A stretch of DNA of 64,000 nt from assembly GCF_009914755.1 (NCBI RefSeq), contig NC_060926.1, one strand, 5' to 3'. Position numbers and translations under genes: made by a program. The stretch's first letter is position 1, and every line of letters begins with the position of its first letter. The notes below the pieces were generated by a model that did no database searches, was not told where the DNA came from, and worked only from the letters and a program-made list of their open reading frames with translations. The DNA comes from the human T2T-CHM13v2.0 reference genome, Homo sapiens. Positions 1 to 14,526 of this stretch are shown piece by piece.

Positions 1-2130
1 TAATCTCCAATATTCACACTAGGGCTCATTCTTTGTTTTGTATAGCTTTACGGGTTTGACAAACACTTAGGGTCATGTATCCAGCATTACAGTATCATAC
101 ACAATATTCAGTGCCCTAATGATCTACTGTGCTCCACCTATTCATCTCTTCTTCCCCACCCCCTTGCAACACCAATTTTTCATGCCTCCATAATTTTGCC
201 TTTTCCAGAATGTCATATAGTTGTAATCATACAATATGCAACCTTATCAGTCTGGCTTCTTTCACTTAGCAATATGCATTTATGTTCTCTTCATGTTATT
301 TTTTGGCTGAAAAGCTCATTACTTTTTATTTTTGAAAAACACTTCATTTTACTTGGTTAGATTTATATCTAAGTACAGTTAAGCCTTCTGCATCCATGCA
401 TTCAACCAACTGCAGATAAAATATATGTATATTTAATTTGATCGGGGAATCCTGGAACCAATCCCCACAGATACCAAGGGAGGACTATATTTCATGTGTT
501 GGTGCTACAGTAAATGGCATTATGTTTCTGATTTCAAATTCTAGTGTTTCATTGCTGGTGCATTCCAAGGCAACTGACTTTTTAGATCAACCTTGTATCT
601 TCCAACCTTGATATAATCAATTAATATTAGCTCCAGAAGGTTTTTTCTTCTAGAATTTTGGAATGTTTTTTACAGACAATTATATCATTTGCAAACAAAG
701 ACAGTTTTACTTGTTTCTTCATAATCTGTATAGATTTTATTTCCATTTTTTATCTTATTACATTAACTAGAACTCCCAGCACACTGTTGAATAGGAATCA
801 AAGAAGAGATACCCTTGTCTTGCTCCCAAACTTAGGAGGAAAGCATTTAGCTTCTCCTCATTAATGATGTTAGCTTAGAGTTTTTGTAGATATTATTTAC
901 TAAGATAAAAAAAGTCCCTCTCTCTTTCTAATTGGCTGAAAATTTCTCATCATGTATGTAGTGTTGGATTTTGTCAAGTGCTTTCTCTGCATCACATTTA
1001 TTTATATAATCATATGATATGTATTCTTTAGCCAGTTGATATGATCAACTACATTAATTGATCATTCATATTAACCCAGCCTTGCATACATACCTTGAAC
1101 AAATTGTACTTGGTCATGGTATATAATTATTTTTATACAGTGTTGGAGTCCATTTGCTGATATTTTGTTGAGGAATTTTGGATCTGTGTTCATGACTGAT
1201 AGTGTTCTATAGTTTTCTTCTTTCAATGTCTTTGTTTAGTTTTCATATTTGTGTAATGCTGGCCTCATAGAATGAGTTACTGCTTCCTCTGCTTCTATTT
1301 CTGGAAAAGATTGGACAGAATTGATACTATTTTCTTCTTGAAATGTCTAGTAGCATTCACTAGTGAAACCATCTGCATCTGGTGACTTCTATTTTGAAAT
1401 GTTTGTAATTGTTGATTCAATACATTTAATACATACAGGCCAAATTATGTATTTCTCCTTGCTTGAGTTTTGGAAGATTTTTGCTTTCAAGGAATCATTC
1501 TATTTCATCTAAGTTATAGATCTATGGGAATAGAATTCTTCATAATATTCCTTTATCACTTTCTTCATGTCTGTGGGATCAGTAGTGGTGTGACCTTTTT
1601 CATTTCTAATATTAGTAATTTATGACTTTTCACTTTTTGTTCTTGGTTAGCATAATGAAAAGTTTCACAATTTTACTGATATTTTCAAAGAACCAGCTTT
1701 TGGTTTCCTTGTTTTTCACTATAAACTTCTTGCTTTTAATTTATCAATTTCTGCTCTTTTATTATTTCTTTTTGGAATATAATTTTCTCTTCTTTTTTTA
1801 GTTTCCTAAGGTTGAAACTTACATTTTTAATGTTAGGTCTTTATTTTTTTCTAATGAATGCATTAAATACATAAATTTCCCTGTAATCACTGCTACTGCT
1901 CACAAATTTTGATACCTTATGTTTTCATTTTCATTTAATTCAAAATATGTTAAAATTTCTTTTGAGACTTTTTCTTAGGCCCATGTGTTACTTAGAAGTG
2001 TGTTGTTTGATCTCTAAATATTTTAGGATTTTCTAACTACATTACTGTGATTTCTTATTTAATTCCATTACGGTCCAAGAACATACTTCGTACAATTTAT
2101 ACTCTATTCTTTAAAATTTAATAAGGTATG
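1..2130 (-). mobile_element. Old LINE-1 (L1MC-like) 3' end plus ORF2 remnant, antisense
   Basis: Reverse-strand L1 motifs: 'ccagaatgtcatatagttgtaatcatacaatatg...ggcttctttcacttagcaatatgcattt', 'aatgctggcctcatagaatgagtt', 'ttttcaaagaaccagcttttgg'. Boundaries approximate. Confidence 0.75.
376..487 (+). mobile_element. MER2 (TcMar-Tigger) internally deleted MITE inserted in the L1
   Basis: TA|cagtt...catccatgcattcaaccaactgcagat...tcctggaaccaatccccacagataccaagggaggacta|TA resembles both MER2 termini, with TA target sites. Confidence 0.7.
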
Positions 2131-4779
2131 CACCATGTCATTTTAAACTGCCCAGAACTTCTGTTCATTTTCTAATTTTACTGGATGGAATTTAAATCTG
2201 CTCCACAAAATTATGTCCCTAAGTATTTTGAAATGTTGTATTTCCTGAATGTGGAGTAAACCAGCAGGCTAGGAGGCATTTTGTAGGAGAGTCCCCAGTG
2301 CCTTTAAGACAGGCCCTTTGCTGTATTTTAAAGCAGGAATGCCCTTAAAAATGGTAATTGCATCTTTAGGTTACATATGACTCTAAACATGAATAAATGA
2401 AAGTATAAGCATGAAATAAAAAAATTGAAGCCTTTTGTGGTTTAGTAAAAGAGGGTGCATGGTTGAACATTATTTGTGGCTTTGTTAATAATCATACAGT
2501 GGTCTCACTGAAAAAGAATTTGAAATAATCTGAGATGTGCTAGAAAAGTTGTGCTACAACTTCTTTCTTCCATTTTTACACCTTACCTTGTTCATTCAGG
2601 ATAGCTTTGAATGATCTTACATTTGTGTAATGACTTTGCTGTATTTTTAATCTTTCTATTTTCCTAGAGATTTTCTTTAGAACATTTCCCTTGAAGGCTG
2701 GAAACAATTTGGTTAGGACCAGTGAAAAGGTTTGCAAGTAGAAGTGCATATTGAGAAAAGGTTAGGGTTATCGGATCCCCTATCTGATACGTGTAACATA
2801 TGCTTTAGCAATTGGAATATATGGCATAGAACAATGAGTTTTCTCGTCAGGGCCCAACAAAAGAAAGAGGTGTTCATTTACAAGACAGTGTAAGGAATGT
2901 CCCCTCCTGCTCCTTTTAGTTATATGAATTGTCAGTGTGGAAGTTGGACTCAGCTGGGGAGAAAATCTATGTTGTTATTACACTTGGGGTTTTAAAGTAA
3001 CAATAAAAGATTTTACGTCTGCATCAGAAGAGCTGTGACACTGCCTAAGACTAATGGCAAGGGGTCTGTTCTTAAATCCCCAGAGGTGGTTTTCAGCCTG
3101 ATGAATTCTGCATCATCCAGCTGTTTGGTTTATTTGTTTATAAATTATCCAAATCTCCCATACTCTAATAGCAGTAATAATGCAAATGCTATTTGCCAAG
3201 TTTCTTGGAAATTGTCTAATGATTTATCTTAAGGTCAATTTAGCTTCAGGTTAAGTGATTATTATTTACTCAAGGGCTATTTCTAAAAAAAGAGTTGTAC
3301 ATTAAATTATAGTGAATTTTTGTAAGTAATTGTGATGAATATGGCATCTTTGTATACCTGATGATTGACTCCTTTGGTTTGTTTCAGGAAACATTAGCAG
3401 GAACTGACTTTCTCATGCTGACTTATTAAGGATCTTCACTTCTTCCAGATTCCTATATTTTGGACATTTCACTGCTCATTAGATTCTCCACCAAGGATAA
3501 TGAAGGGGATAGAAATAAGAAGAATTTGGCTGGTGAAAAAGATTGTCACAATGATTGATATATTGACTAACAAAAACTTGCCAAGTATATGAGAATTTTC
3601 TTATTTTAATATCTCCTCATGGCTCATAGTTAGCCAAGATCTTATGCATACAGGCACTTATTTTACATTTCAGGAATCTTCATTACAATTTGCAAGTGTT
3701 ATTTTCTGTGTAAGATGTCATATTATTCGCTGTATTGTGAAGACTTTTATTTTATATGTATGAAGAATTTCAGTTTCTGTGACGCCTCAATACCTAATGA
3801 TGCTTGTCATTAGTTCTGGTGCTCTTCCGTACTAAAAATAAGTTTGATTGGCATGAACAGTCACTGTATTCTTATCCTAGGATTTTTTTCCCATTTAGAT
3901 AATCAAATTTAAAAATCAATACTGTGCATTTTAATGAAGAATCTATTTTAAAGTTAATCTTCTAAAAACACCATAGCAGATTCTTAACTTATACCTGAAA
4001 CACAGCCAGAAAAAGTTTGGCAATGTAGCAATCAGACAATCAGTCATTAGACAATTGTTCTTTTTCTTTAACTTATTTATGAGGCCACACACAAAAAGGA
4101 GTAAAGAACCTTGCAGGAACATCCTGTAAAGAGTATAGAAGGGGGTGGGCATAAGATTTAAACTGATGAATCCTCAAATGATTTTATTAAAATCTAAAGG
4201 TTGCATAATTTATAAAGAGGATTTTCTAAATTACTAACAGCACAATAATCATTTACAACTGAGGCAAGACATCACTTTCTCTCATACAACTAAGAACAAA
4301 CTAGTTTGAAGAGACAAAGTTTCCAAAAAGTACATGTGTACATGGTTGTGTTTTCTGCAAGGGGTCCCAAAAGCCTCCCCTTCTCAGTGCATGAAGAAAA
4401 CAGCCTCATTTGTCAGTTTGCCAATGATGTGAGACCTCCCTGTTCAATAAAGTAGCTTCATCCTTTCTTTATTCAAGCAAGACAAGTTTGCTGGACACGG
4501 CAGAAACTGAGAAGAAGACAGTACATCTATTTTCCACTTGGTGGAGGGAGTAAGCAAGGCTTAAGAGAAAATGTCAGAAGCCTGTTAAAAGACAGAATCC
4601 TATACCTCACCAAAAAGCTACTGCAGATATGCAAAGACGACAGGGACCTGCATCCATTCTAACAGAGAATAATGTAGGCTGGGGTGCAAGAGGATCTTCG
4701 GTCCTACTGTGACCTCCAACTTTTCCTTCTACTTGTGGCTTCTTCCAATCTCATCTCCAGCTCTCTCGTTTGGGATATT

Positions 4780-7700
4780 TAACTTTTAAGAAACTGCTGG
4801 TTTCCATAACAGTTATTCTATTTTACATGGACACCAATAATACACGGGGTTCTAGTTGTTCCATATCCTCACCAATATTTGATATTTTAGTATTTTTCAT
4901 TTCAAGCATTCAAATGAGGGTGTTGTCGCATCACACTGTGGTTTCAGTTTGCATTTTTCCAGTGATTCAGTGGCACCAAACAACTTTTCATATGTGCTGT
5001 GGGAATTCTTATATAAAGATTTGGTAAAATGTTAGAGTCTTTCGTCCATGTTTTAATTGTGTTGTTTTTCTTTTCATAATTAAGTTACAGGTGTTCTTCA
5101 TATAACCTTAATAAAAGCTAAGAGTCAGATACATGTTTTAAAAATACCTTTTCCAAATCTGTGGCTTGACTTTCACTTTTGCAATATTGTTTTTTGATAA
5201 GCAAAATATTTACATTTTAGCTAAGTCCGATTAAATTTTTCTGTTTATTATTAGTGACGCTTGATCTCACCTAAGAAATGTTTTCCAACCCAAAACTTAT
5301 GAACATATTTTATTATAGAATATTTATAGATTTAACTTTTACATTTAGGCCTGTGAACCATCTCAAATTACTGTTTTGTGTGTGATATAAGAAAACTTCA
5401 AGTTTTTCCATATAATTATCTGGTTGTTCCACTATTAGTTACTGAAAATAATCTCCTTTCTCAGATTAAGTTTGACAAAAATCAGCCGATTACATGTGTG
5501 GAGATCTAGGCCTAGAATATCTATTTTGTGCTATTGGTATTTTTTTTTATCCTAACTCCACCAGCATCATGTCTTACTTATTCTAGTTTTACAATATGTA
5601 CCAAAATCTGGTACTAAAATCCTCCAATTTTGTGTTTCTCCTTCAAGATTGTGTTGGCTAGTCAAGAGCCACATAATGAAGTTTTCATTTTTAAATAAGT
5701 TTCTTCAATCTACATGTCAATTTCCACAGAAAATTCTGCTGTAATTTTTGTTGGAATTGTCTTGAAATTATAGATAAATTTAGGAGAAATGACATCTCAA
5801 TAAAATCAAGTTTGCCAATCTTTAAATTAACATTTTTCTGGGGTTTTTTGAACATCTTTAATTTCAAACTATCAAACAAGTTTTTATACTTTGTTGTATG
5901 GAGTTTTTACATATTTGTTAATATCTTCCTGCATTTTTAATTTTTGAAACTATTATAAATAATAATTTTCTAAATTTGGGTTTCCAGATTTTGTTTGTTT
6001 TTGGGGGACTATTCTATGGACATGCATTGATGTTTTTACATTTACTTTATATCCTTTATATCCAGCAATATTGCCAAGTTAATTTATCCTTTCTAGCAGT
6101 TTCTTTATAGACGGCATTGATTTACACTTTTGATACACACAATTATGTCATTATAGGAATATAGTTTTATTTTTCCTTTTATTTATATATGCTCTTTCTT
6201 TCGTCTTTCATTCATTCTTTCTTTCTTTTTTCCTCTTTTCCTATTACTTTTCCTAGTACTAGCTAGGACCTGCAGAACAGTATTTTTAAAACATTGATGG
6301 TAAAATTGGAACTTTTTTCTTCCCAAATATAGGAGGGAAAGTTTTTGTCATCTGTTTTGTCATCATTAAATATACTATTACCTGTATTCCCTATAGGTTT
6401 TCCATAAATACCTTTGTCATTTTAAGGAAGTTTCTTTCTATTTCTAGTTTGCTAATATCATTTCTATAGCTAATTGATTTTGAATTTTAATTGAATAACT
6501 TTTCTTAATTGAGACGATTGTGTTTTCTTCTTTATTATGTATATTGATAGATGGTGATGATTGATTTATGAATGTTAACCTAGTCTTTCTCTCTTAGGAT
6601 AAAACTCATTTAATCATGATTTCAAGTATATTGATAAATTTAATTTGCTAATATTGATAAAGGAATTTTGGAATGATGATGCATTAGTCAGTTTTCACAC
6701 TGACTGAAACTGAGTCATTTATCAACAAAAGAGGTTTAATTGACTCACAGTTCTGCATGGCTGGAGAAGCCTCAGGAAACTTACGATCATGGCAGAAGGC
6801 AAAGGAGAAACAGGCACCCTCTTACACGGTAGCAGGAGAGAGTGTGCCATAAGGGGAAATCCCAGACACTTATCAAACAACCAGATCTCATGAGAACTTC
6901 CCTACTATCAGGAGAATAGCATGGGGGAAACTGCCCTCATGACTGAATCACCTCCTACCAGGTCCCTACCTCAACACATGGGGAGTACAATTCTAGATGA
7001 GATTTGAGTAGGGACACAGAGGCAAACCATATCAGATGCATATTTTTTTTTTTTCCTTTTAACACCTTTGTCAAGATTGTACTGGTTTATGAAGTAAATG
7101 TGAATATATCTTCTCTTCTATTTTCTGAAATATATAAGATTGGCATTTTCTTTTTAAAAAAATTCTTTTTAGGGGTAGCTTCCTATTTCTGCTGACATCT
7201 TTCCCATCCAGTTGCTTAGCTGTTCATCTCCAAGTTCATGTACAGGTTTCTAATAGGTATTTAGAATCATCGTTCAATAATTAAAACATCTAGTTCAATT
7301 GTGGCTTGGCTTCTATAAGCTCTTTTATTTCTTGAAAATGGGCAATGCTTTCCTACCTTTTTGCTTGTCTAGTACTTTCTGTTATTGTATGCTGGACATT
7401 ATGGATGATATATTATAGACTGTGGATTATGCTATCTTTTTGCTTTGGAGGCATTTGATTACAGGTGGATTGTTTTATTTTCTTCAGCCTTGTTTTTTGT
7501 CTTTTTAAGGATGAGTTTATTTCAGTTTTGCCCTTAGTTCTAGAGTAAAGAACTTGCCAAAGATAGCATAAAGTAGTCAGCATTAGATCTTTACTTTAAA
7601 TGCATGCCTGTTTGAGGGTTTCAACTGAATGCCTGGCTTAGCTACTGAGGAGTCTGGACTCTAGTTGAGTCAAAACTTTGTCATCTACACAACTTTTCGG

Positions 7701-8150
7701 GCATGATCTTTGTGGAAATGTCTGCTGAGAAATCTCTGCTGAGCTGTCGGCCCTTCATCCTGCTATTATGCCTTAATGGAATTTCACTTTGCACCCCAAG
7801 AATCAGAGGATAACTCCTCTTCAGATTTATAGATAGTGAGGCCTATGGCTACCTTCCGCCTGCCAACACGCTCCACAAATTCCAACCATGTTAGCAGCCC
7901 CCAAACACCAAACTCTTGTTTTACTCTACCCAGTGAGAGTTCTTCCTACTTTCAAGCATCGGACATTGCCCCAGGCAGAAAGCCATGACAAATAGAACGC
8001 TTCCCCTACACTCCCAAGAGGATTTCAGCCTTACAATGGCTGCTATCCAATAGCTATAAATATTTGCTTCACATAATTGGTCTAGTTTTATAGTTGCTTA
8101 GATAATCAGTTAGATCTAATACTAGCTCCTTTAACAATACTGGAACTAGA
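4780..8150 (-). mobile_element. Old LINE-1 (L1MD/ME-like), degenerate ORF2 and 5' region, antisense
   Basis: T-rich reverse L1 motifs ('ttcaagattgtgttggcta', 'tatagataaatttaggagaaatgacatc', 'ttaaggaagtttctttctatttctagtttgct'). The 7200-8150 part is weaker. Confidence 0.6.
6680..7034 (-). mobile_element. MaLR solo LTR (MSTA/THE1D-like)
   Basis: tg-cattagtc...gaggtttaattgactcacagttctgcatggctgg...gggacacagaggcaaaccatat-ca; 5-bp TSD gatga/gatgc. Confidence 0.85.
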
Positions 8151-11100
8151 AGTTGTGGACAGCTCGTATTCATCATTCAAGGTAGCAGCTTTACCTGGGA
8201 CTCTTTCCCCACATCTGGATTAGAAGTCCCAGTCAAAATGCCATCTAAATTGTTTATAATTCTGCCACTATAGCATTTAACCCACTTTTGTGTTTATTTA
8301 TTTAATCATTTGTCTTCACCAATCGATTGTAATCTGGCGAATGCATTGCCACCTCTATCTCCCTAACTAAATACTCTTAGGAGCTTATCAAAATACATGA
8401 CACACGGTGGGCATTCAACAAGTACATCCTAAATAAATAATTAATTAATATGTTCATTTCAACATTTCCTTGTGCCTTTCACAGCAGATGTCTTCATTAT
8501 TTATCTTTGGTAAAAATAATTAAGCAGTCATTTTGTAAATAGTCATGAATATTTACTATACTTTAAATATGTTCTAGGTAGCATGACATTTTCAAGGAAG
8601 TATACACGAGGGTTTATTACTTTACTGAGAATAAAGTCTATGGGGCAGACAATTTACAATACAGTGTGATAGAAATCTAAAGAGATGCCAAAGAGTTGGT
8701 CAGGTAATGTTGTGCTATGCCAATGTTAAGAGTTCTAATGTTAGTATTCACATAACTAATTTTCATAGTCTCGAAATCTTCTGACATTTTCTTCCCTTTG
8801 AAATATTTATTTTCAGGATGGTAAACTTTTTATTCACATAATAACTATTTTTAGGGATAAGAAGGTCAGAAGCACTAACTTTCTTCATTCCTTTCCTACC
8901 ACATGTTTAGAATTCACAAACCAGCTTAACGGCTTAATAAAAGATTGAATTCTCTTTCTTCTCCTTCCTCGAAATCTTCTCAAGACAGTCTAAAAAGCAT
9001 TTCCCAGGTTTAATGTCAAAATAGAAATTAGCAACTCAGGGCTGAACTCCTAGGAACCCTCATTCTCTGTGAGCTCTGGAACCAGGCTCTATTTTGAAAA
9101 TTGTGGAAAATCAAAGTTTCTCTGTAATGATGTTGCTCAAATATCTGACCTGAAATGATTATATAGACCAATTTAATACTGAAGAATAAAAGCTTATCAT
9201 AAAATGAGAAGACATTAAACAATACTCTGATGGTAAGGATTTCATGTAAGAATGTATGGTTTTGATCTCTTAGAACAAAATTGACATTGAACTAAGACAT
9301 GCCAACCACTGAGGAGTAGCATGAGTTTTAGTCACAGCATCTTGAGTTTGGTGAGTTACAATAGAGAGCCTGTGTCACTCAGCTCCACAAATTCTACCAC
9401 CATGAAAAGTTTCCAGGGAGTGGTAGAATATGTTTGTCCTCTTTTGCTTGCAACCCTGGTAAACTGCTCAAGAGGAATTTTCTCATTCCAGATGAGAACA
9501 AATAATGCCCTTTCTCTTCTAGACAAGTGACTATTTCTTCCCCCAAAACCACAGATGCACAGAATAGTGATAAAAATACAAACTTATATGCTGCCTCCTA
9601 TTGAAACTTCCAAAGACCGAAAGAGGAAAAAAATTGTGAGGGGGCTTAGCCAAAAGACTTACTGAGGCTATACAGATTATCTTACATTCAGGTAATATAT
9701 GATGCTGGTGTTGGGCTGATACATAGTGATGCTGGGGTAGGGTTGGAGGTAAGTATTATACTAATAGTCACATATTCTCAGAAATCTGGGTCCTTTGAGG
9801 TCTGGCCAGAAAAGGAATAGCAGTTCTGTCAGAGGACATAGTAACTGCAAGAAGAGTAGCACAGACTAGGTGCATATTCTGATGCCAGAAGACCTTTTCA
9901 GACAGGGTCAGCCTGTAACAGAAATGGCTTTTAATACAGGACAGTCCAGATTCCCAATTGTGTTGACATACTGGGCTACCCAAGCACATCACAGGTACAA
10001 AGGAATTAGGATGCTGGGGCTTATTTGGGCTAAATTACTCACAGGTGCTTCTAACAAAGGTGGCAGATTGAACATACACATTTACCTCTATATCCTCCCT
10101 AAATCCCATGAAATGACCAAAAACGTGTGAAATAAACCCAAAAGACAAAAGAATTGAATAGGAGATGACAGCGACCCAATTTTAGACCTGAAAAGCAAAT
10201 GAGCAAATGGTTTCTCATTGAACAAACCAAATAGAAAAATGAAAACAGAATATGCAAAGAAGCAAAAAATAAATAAATAAAGCAAGCCAATTCACATTAC
10301 AGAACACAAAGTTTAGAATTTGCAGACACTGGCGAGTTCTGAAAGTCAGGGTTCCCTTGGGGATGAAAATCACAAGAGCAAAGTATTTTGTTTTGAAAAC
10401 AGACATTTCCATTGTGTCTAAAATAGTGTTTGGCATATTGTAAGCACTTGGTAAATATTTGTTGAAGAAATGAATTAATAAAGTCAAGTCTTTCTAAAGA
10501 ACAGCTAGACCCCCACCACTTTATAGGACTGTAAGTTTAATTACTGAAGAGATAGAACAGAAGGGCTCTGGGTTTAGAAACATCAGATACAGCAGACGGT
10601 GAAGGTAAAGATAAAATTTGTTTCTGTACCCTAAAGTATGAGAACTATCCCTCTCTGTTTGCCCCAGAGAATACTACAGGTTTATTCTCTGGGAAAACAA
10701 TTTTAAGAGGAGAGATCCACAGATACTGACAGAAATTCCTAAATAAGCTGCACAAACAAACCTACCCATAATGAATCTCAACAAACATATTTTCCTCTCT
10801 CTCTTACACATATACCCCCCTTTAATCAAGTTTAGTGGCTCACTACTAAAGTCATGGATTACCACACATTTGAGAAAAGTCCCTAAGATAACAGAGATCA
10901 AAATAAAAAAAAAAAGATAGGAAAAATCGCAAAGAAACTTGGAAAATAGAGACAGTGTGGAAGGCTGAATACAATTAGCAGGGGAAAAATAACCCAGCCA
11001 TGTTATGCTCAGAGAAATAATTGAGGTTGCTGCTTCCATGAAAGAAGCGATGATTACACAAAAGAGAACATTTAGAAAACAAAGGAGTGCTCTTGAAATA

Positions 11101-11184
11101 AAATACAAACATGCCAAAGGAAAATAAAAATTCAGTAGAAATTTTAGAAAATTGACCAAATCTCAAAAAAAGACCCAAAATACA

Positions 11185-11334
11185 AAAAAGAAAGGAAAGG
11201 AAGAGAAAGGAAAGCAAAGGAAAGGAGAGGAAAGGAAAGGAAAGGAAGAAAAAAAGAAAGAAAGAGAGAGAAAGGAGGGAGGGAGGGAGGAAGGAAGAAA
11301 ATAAAGAGAAAAAAAGTAAAAGAAAGAAGAAAGA
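11185..11334 (+). repeat. GA-rich low-complexity tract
   Basis: (GGAAA)n/(GAAA)n/(GGGA)n mosaic. Confidence 0.9.
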
Positions 11335-11645
11335 AGCTAGACACTGTGGCCCATGTTAGTAATCCCAGAGATTTGGGAGGCTGAGGCAGGAGGATTGCTT
11401 AAGGCTAGGAGTTTGAGACCAGCTTGGGCAACACAGTGAGACCACAAACAAATTTTAAATAATTAGTCAGGCACGGTAGTGTGTGCCTGTAGTCCGAGCT
11501 ACTCAGGAGGCTGAGGCAGAAGAATTGCTTGAACCCAGGAGTTCAGGTTTACAAATAGTGTAGTGATTATGCCATTACGCTCCAGCCTGGGTGGCAGAGC
11601 AAGACTCTGTCTCAAAAGAAAAAAATAAAAACAAAAACAAAAAGC
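11335..11645 (+). mobile_element. AluJ-type SINE
   Basis: Dimeric Alu with J-like 'ggaggattgcttaaggctaggagtttgagaccagcttgggcaacacagtgagacc' and an A-rich tail. Confidence 0.9.
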
Positions 11646-12279
11646 AAGAAAGGAAAGAAGAAAGAAAAGAAGAAACTGCAAGGAGAGAAGAAAATTCTAA
11701 AGTTGGTTCAGGCGATCTAATATAAAAAGAAGAGAATTCTAGAAAGAGAAAAGATAAACAAAATTGAATAAGTACAATTGTTGGAGAAATATTTCAAGAA
11801 AAGACCCACCATATCGTTTGCAAAAAAGAATAAAGAGTGAACCACACTGAGACACATAAATACGAAAGTTCTGAACCTTGAATACAAAAAGAAGATCCTA
11901 AGCACTTCAAGAGGAAATAGGAGGTCACATGCACAAGGTAAGAAGTCAAAAGTGCTTCAGAAATCTCTAAACAAAACAAAAACAAGTAAAAATGAAAACA
12001 CTAGAAACTAGAAAACAAGAGTACATTGCTTTCAAAGTTTTGAGAAAAATGATTTATGATCTAGAAGTTCCTTTCAGCCAGGTTATCAAATTTCAAACAA
12101 AAACAAAAACACTCAAGCACGTTTTCTTTGGAAGTTCCTAAACAATTTATTCCCCAAATGAAAGCATAAGTCAAAAAAGTGTAAGACACAGAATCCAGGT
12201 GCTCTAGCAAGGGAAAATCTGTAGAACGTTTGCAGAATGACAGTTGTGCCACAGGCCCATTCAAATTAGAGTAGGGCAA

Positions 12280-12530
12280 CAGGAGAGAAGAGAACAAAGC
12301 TGAGGAGAGGACAGGATGGGAGGGGAAGGGAGAGGAGGGGAGGGGAGTGGAAGGGAGGGGAGGGGCAGCGAAGGGAAAGGGAGAGGGAAGGAGAGGAGAG
12401 AAGGAAAGGCGGGAGGGAGGGAGGAAGGAAGGAAGGGAGGAGTGAAGGAGAAAAAATAAAGAGAAAGGAAAGAAAAGGAAAGGAAAGGAGGAAGGAAGGA
12501 AGAAAGGAAGGAGAGAGAGAAAGAAAGAAA

Positions 12531-12589
<59 letters not shown>

Positions 12590-12720
12590 GAAGGAAGGAA
12601 GGAAGGAAGGAAAAGAAAAAAGAAATCAAGGAAGAAATGAAAGCAGGAAGGAAGGAAGAGAGGGAGGGAGGGAGGGAAGAAAGAAAGAAGGAAGGAAGGG
12701 AAAAAAGAGGAAGGAAGGAA
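12280..12720 (+). repeat. ~440-bp polypurine tract including (GAAA)14 at 12533-12588 and (GGAA)n
   Basis: Read directly from the sequence. It accounts for the F/L/S/P-rich minus-strand ORFs 12061-12756 and 12261-12629. Confidence 0.95.
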
Positions 12721-14287
12721 CTGATGTGTTTGAATATATAGAGAGAAGATTTTCAAATGTTTGAGAATTTAGAAAGAAATTACTAATAGGTAGATAGAAA
12801 CCTAAGCAAAGGTTAAAAAGAGGTAATTATTAACTCCAGGAAAGCAAGAAATAAAATACTCTTTTCTACATAACATAGTGTAAATCCAGATTTTCTCAAG
12901 TCATAAAAAGTCCCATCTGCAGATAATATATATACACGATCAAATGGGTCCACACACTGAATATTGATCAAGCCATATTTGATGTAACTTTATTGATTGT
13001 ATTAGAGAATATGTGCCTGTGTGTTTGGAAAGAGGGCTGAAAGATGCTTCACGAGTCTTCATTTTGCACAGTAGAAAAGAAACAGATATTCCATAAAATT
13101 CACTAAATGTAAAATTTGCCCACAAGCATCCTACATAGAAATAAGAAAGTATGTAATCTAGAAAAGTTTTAAAAATGATAAAAATTACCTCCTCTGAGGA
13201 ATGGGAGTTTGTATGACTCGCAAAGTACAGTAAAAGGACTACTTATTTTGGCTATGAGCCTTGCAGAACTATTTGATCAGTGATACTCCATGCAAGTATT
13301 TCTTTGATAAAAACAAAACCAAATTTAAAGAACTCGCCAATTCTTTCGACATGAATCCTAAAAATGGCATTTATTAAATATAGCTCCGTTGCCTAAATTC
13401 ATCATCTTTTTGTACTAGCCAACCTTTTATATAAGGTTGAAATGCTTCAATGGCCTTACGGAAGTCTTAGAGACACCTGAACAAGACACAGCTACAAGAC
13501 AGCCTTTTTAATACACAATTTTCAGCAAAATGACAAATACACAACAACCTGTTTAATATGGTCCCACATGTGAGAGAAAAAAACTGATATATTACACACA
13601 CAAACACGTGCTTGCTTGCATGCACACACACGTTTGTATATTCATAGAAACATTTTAGAAGTATCAGCAAGAACTTCTAAGCCTGATAAATTTCTGCACG
13701 TTAGATTTAGATCCTAGGGCTCAGGGAGACATACTATTACATAACTTCAGTAAAGTTTGGATTTGTTGTTTACTGTATGCATATTTTAGCTTTTTAATCT
13801 AAACAAGTCTCTACTTTTAAAAAATAAGGTTATAGAAAGTTGGAGAGAAAAAATAATGTAATGTACATAAGATATATGATCACTTCTATTTTTGTCTATT
13901 TATCTATTGAATACATTTCAGTACAATTGTCCTCTATTACAGATTATTTTTGAAGAATACGCTTGTGACTAATGTACAAAATAGCAAATTTGAAAGAAAA
14001 AAATTAAATTCATCAATATGGGTGTATTTTTTCTTTCTCTCCCTTCTTAATTCCATGAAAACATGTTTGGCATATTTGTTTATAATATTGTAATCTAACT
14101 TAATATTCACTATTTCAAACTCCATGTTTCTGTGGATTCTATCTTATAGGGTCTATGTGTTGTTCTATTATGTTGATGCACAGTGTCTCTTGTAACCATT
14201 TCCCTACTGCAATTTGACTTTTTCATACTAATGTGCTCAATTTTTTTTAGCCTTGCATAGTTTGAGTTCTGTTTTCTGTCAGCTTAC

Positions 14288-14526
14288 CAGTAGGTGGTGC
14301 TGAGTAGTAGCTATAAATAATCCGGTTTTAGAATACGTGCTCCACTAAAATCCTTCCTCTAGAGTGACAGCACTGAGCCAAATCAGGAAGTGGTTTAAAC
14401 TGGTTTTCCAGTAGTGGGATGGGTTTCCTCTATTTCATTCATATTATCTCGTATTCTTCCTCTTCGGAGTAATTCCGAACATGGTTTCAAGATGACTGCC
14501 TGCAAACAGGGTTACTGTCTGTGGTT
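14288..14526 (-). other. Candidate (probably non-coding) spliced exon
   Basis: Minus-strand acceptor cttctctttgtcAG (AG at 14528-14527; alternative ccctgtttgcAG at 14501-14500) and donor CTG|GTAAGC (GT at 14287-14286). Unique sequence with 5 CpGs; no frame stays open throughout. Confidence 0.3.

Larger units (their letters stand above)
10300..13325 (+). mobile_element. HAL1/L1 ORF1-like element, degenerate, interrupted by an Alu and purine repeats
   Basis: ORF1-like remnants ('acactagaaactagaaaaca...gctttcaaagttttgagaaaaatgattt') and HAL1-type 3' motifs ('gaatgacagttgtgccacaggcc', 'aattattaactccagg', 'gagccttgcagaactatttga...ctttgataaaaac'). Confidence 0.55.

Noticed and set aside
3370-3560. 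Plus-strand acceptor-like 'ttgtttcag|G' at 3387
   Set aside because: No good downstream donor or recognisable peptide, so it is unsupported.
10674-11159. 161-aa hydrophobic minus-strand ORF resembling a membrane protein
   Set aside because: Antisense reading of an A-rich HAL1/L1 remnant; GTG/TTG-type start and no recognisable domain.
12061-12756. 231-aa and 122-aa F/L/S/P-rich minus-strand ORFs
   Set aside because: Translations of the polypyrimidine strand of the GA microsatellite, which contains no stops by composition.
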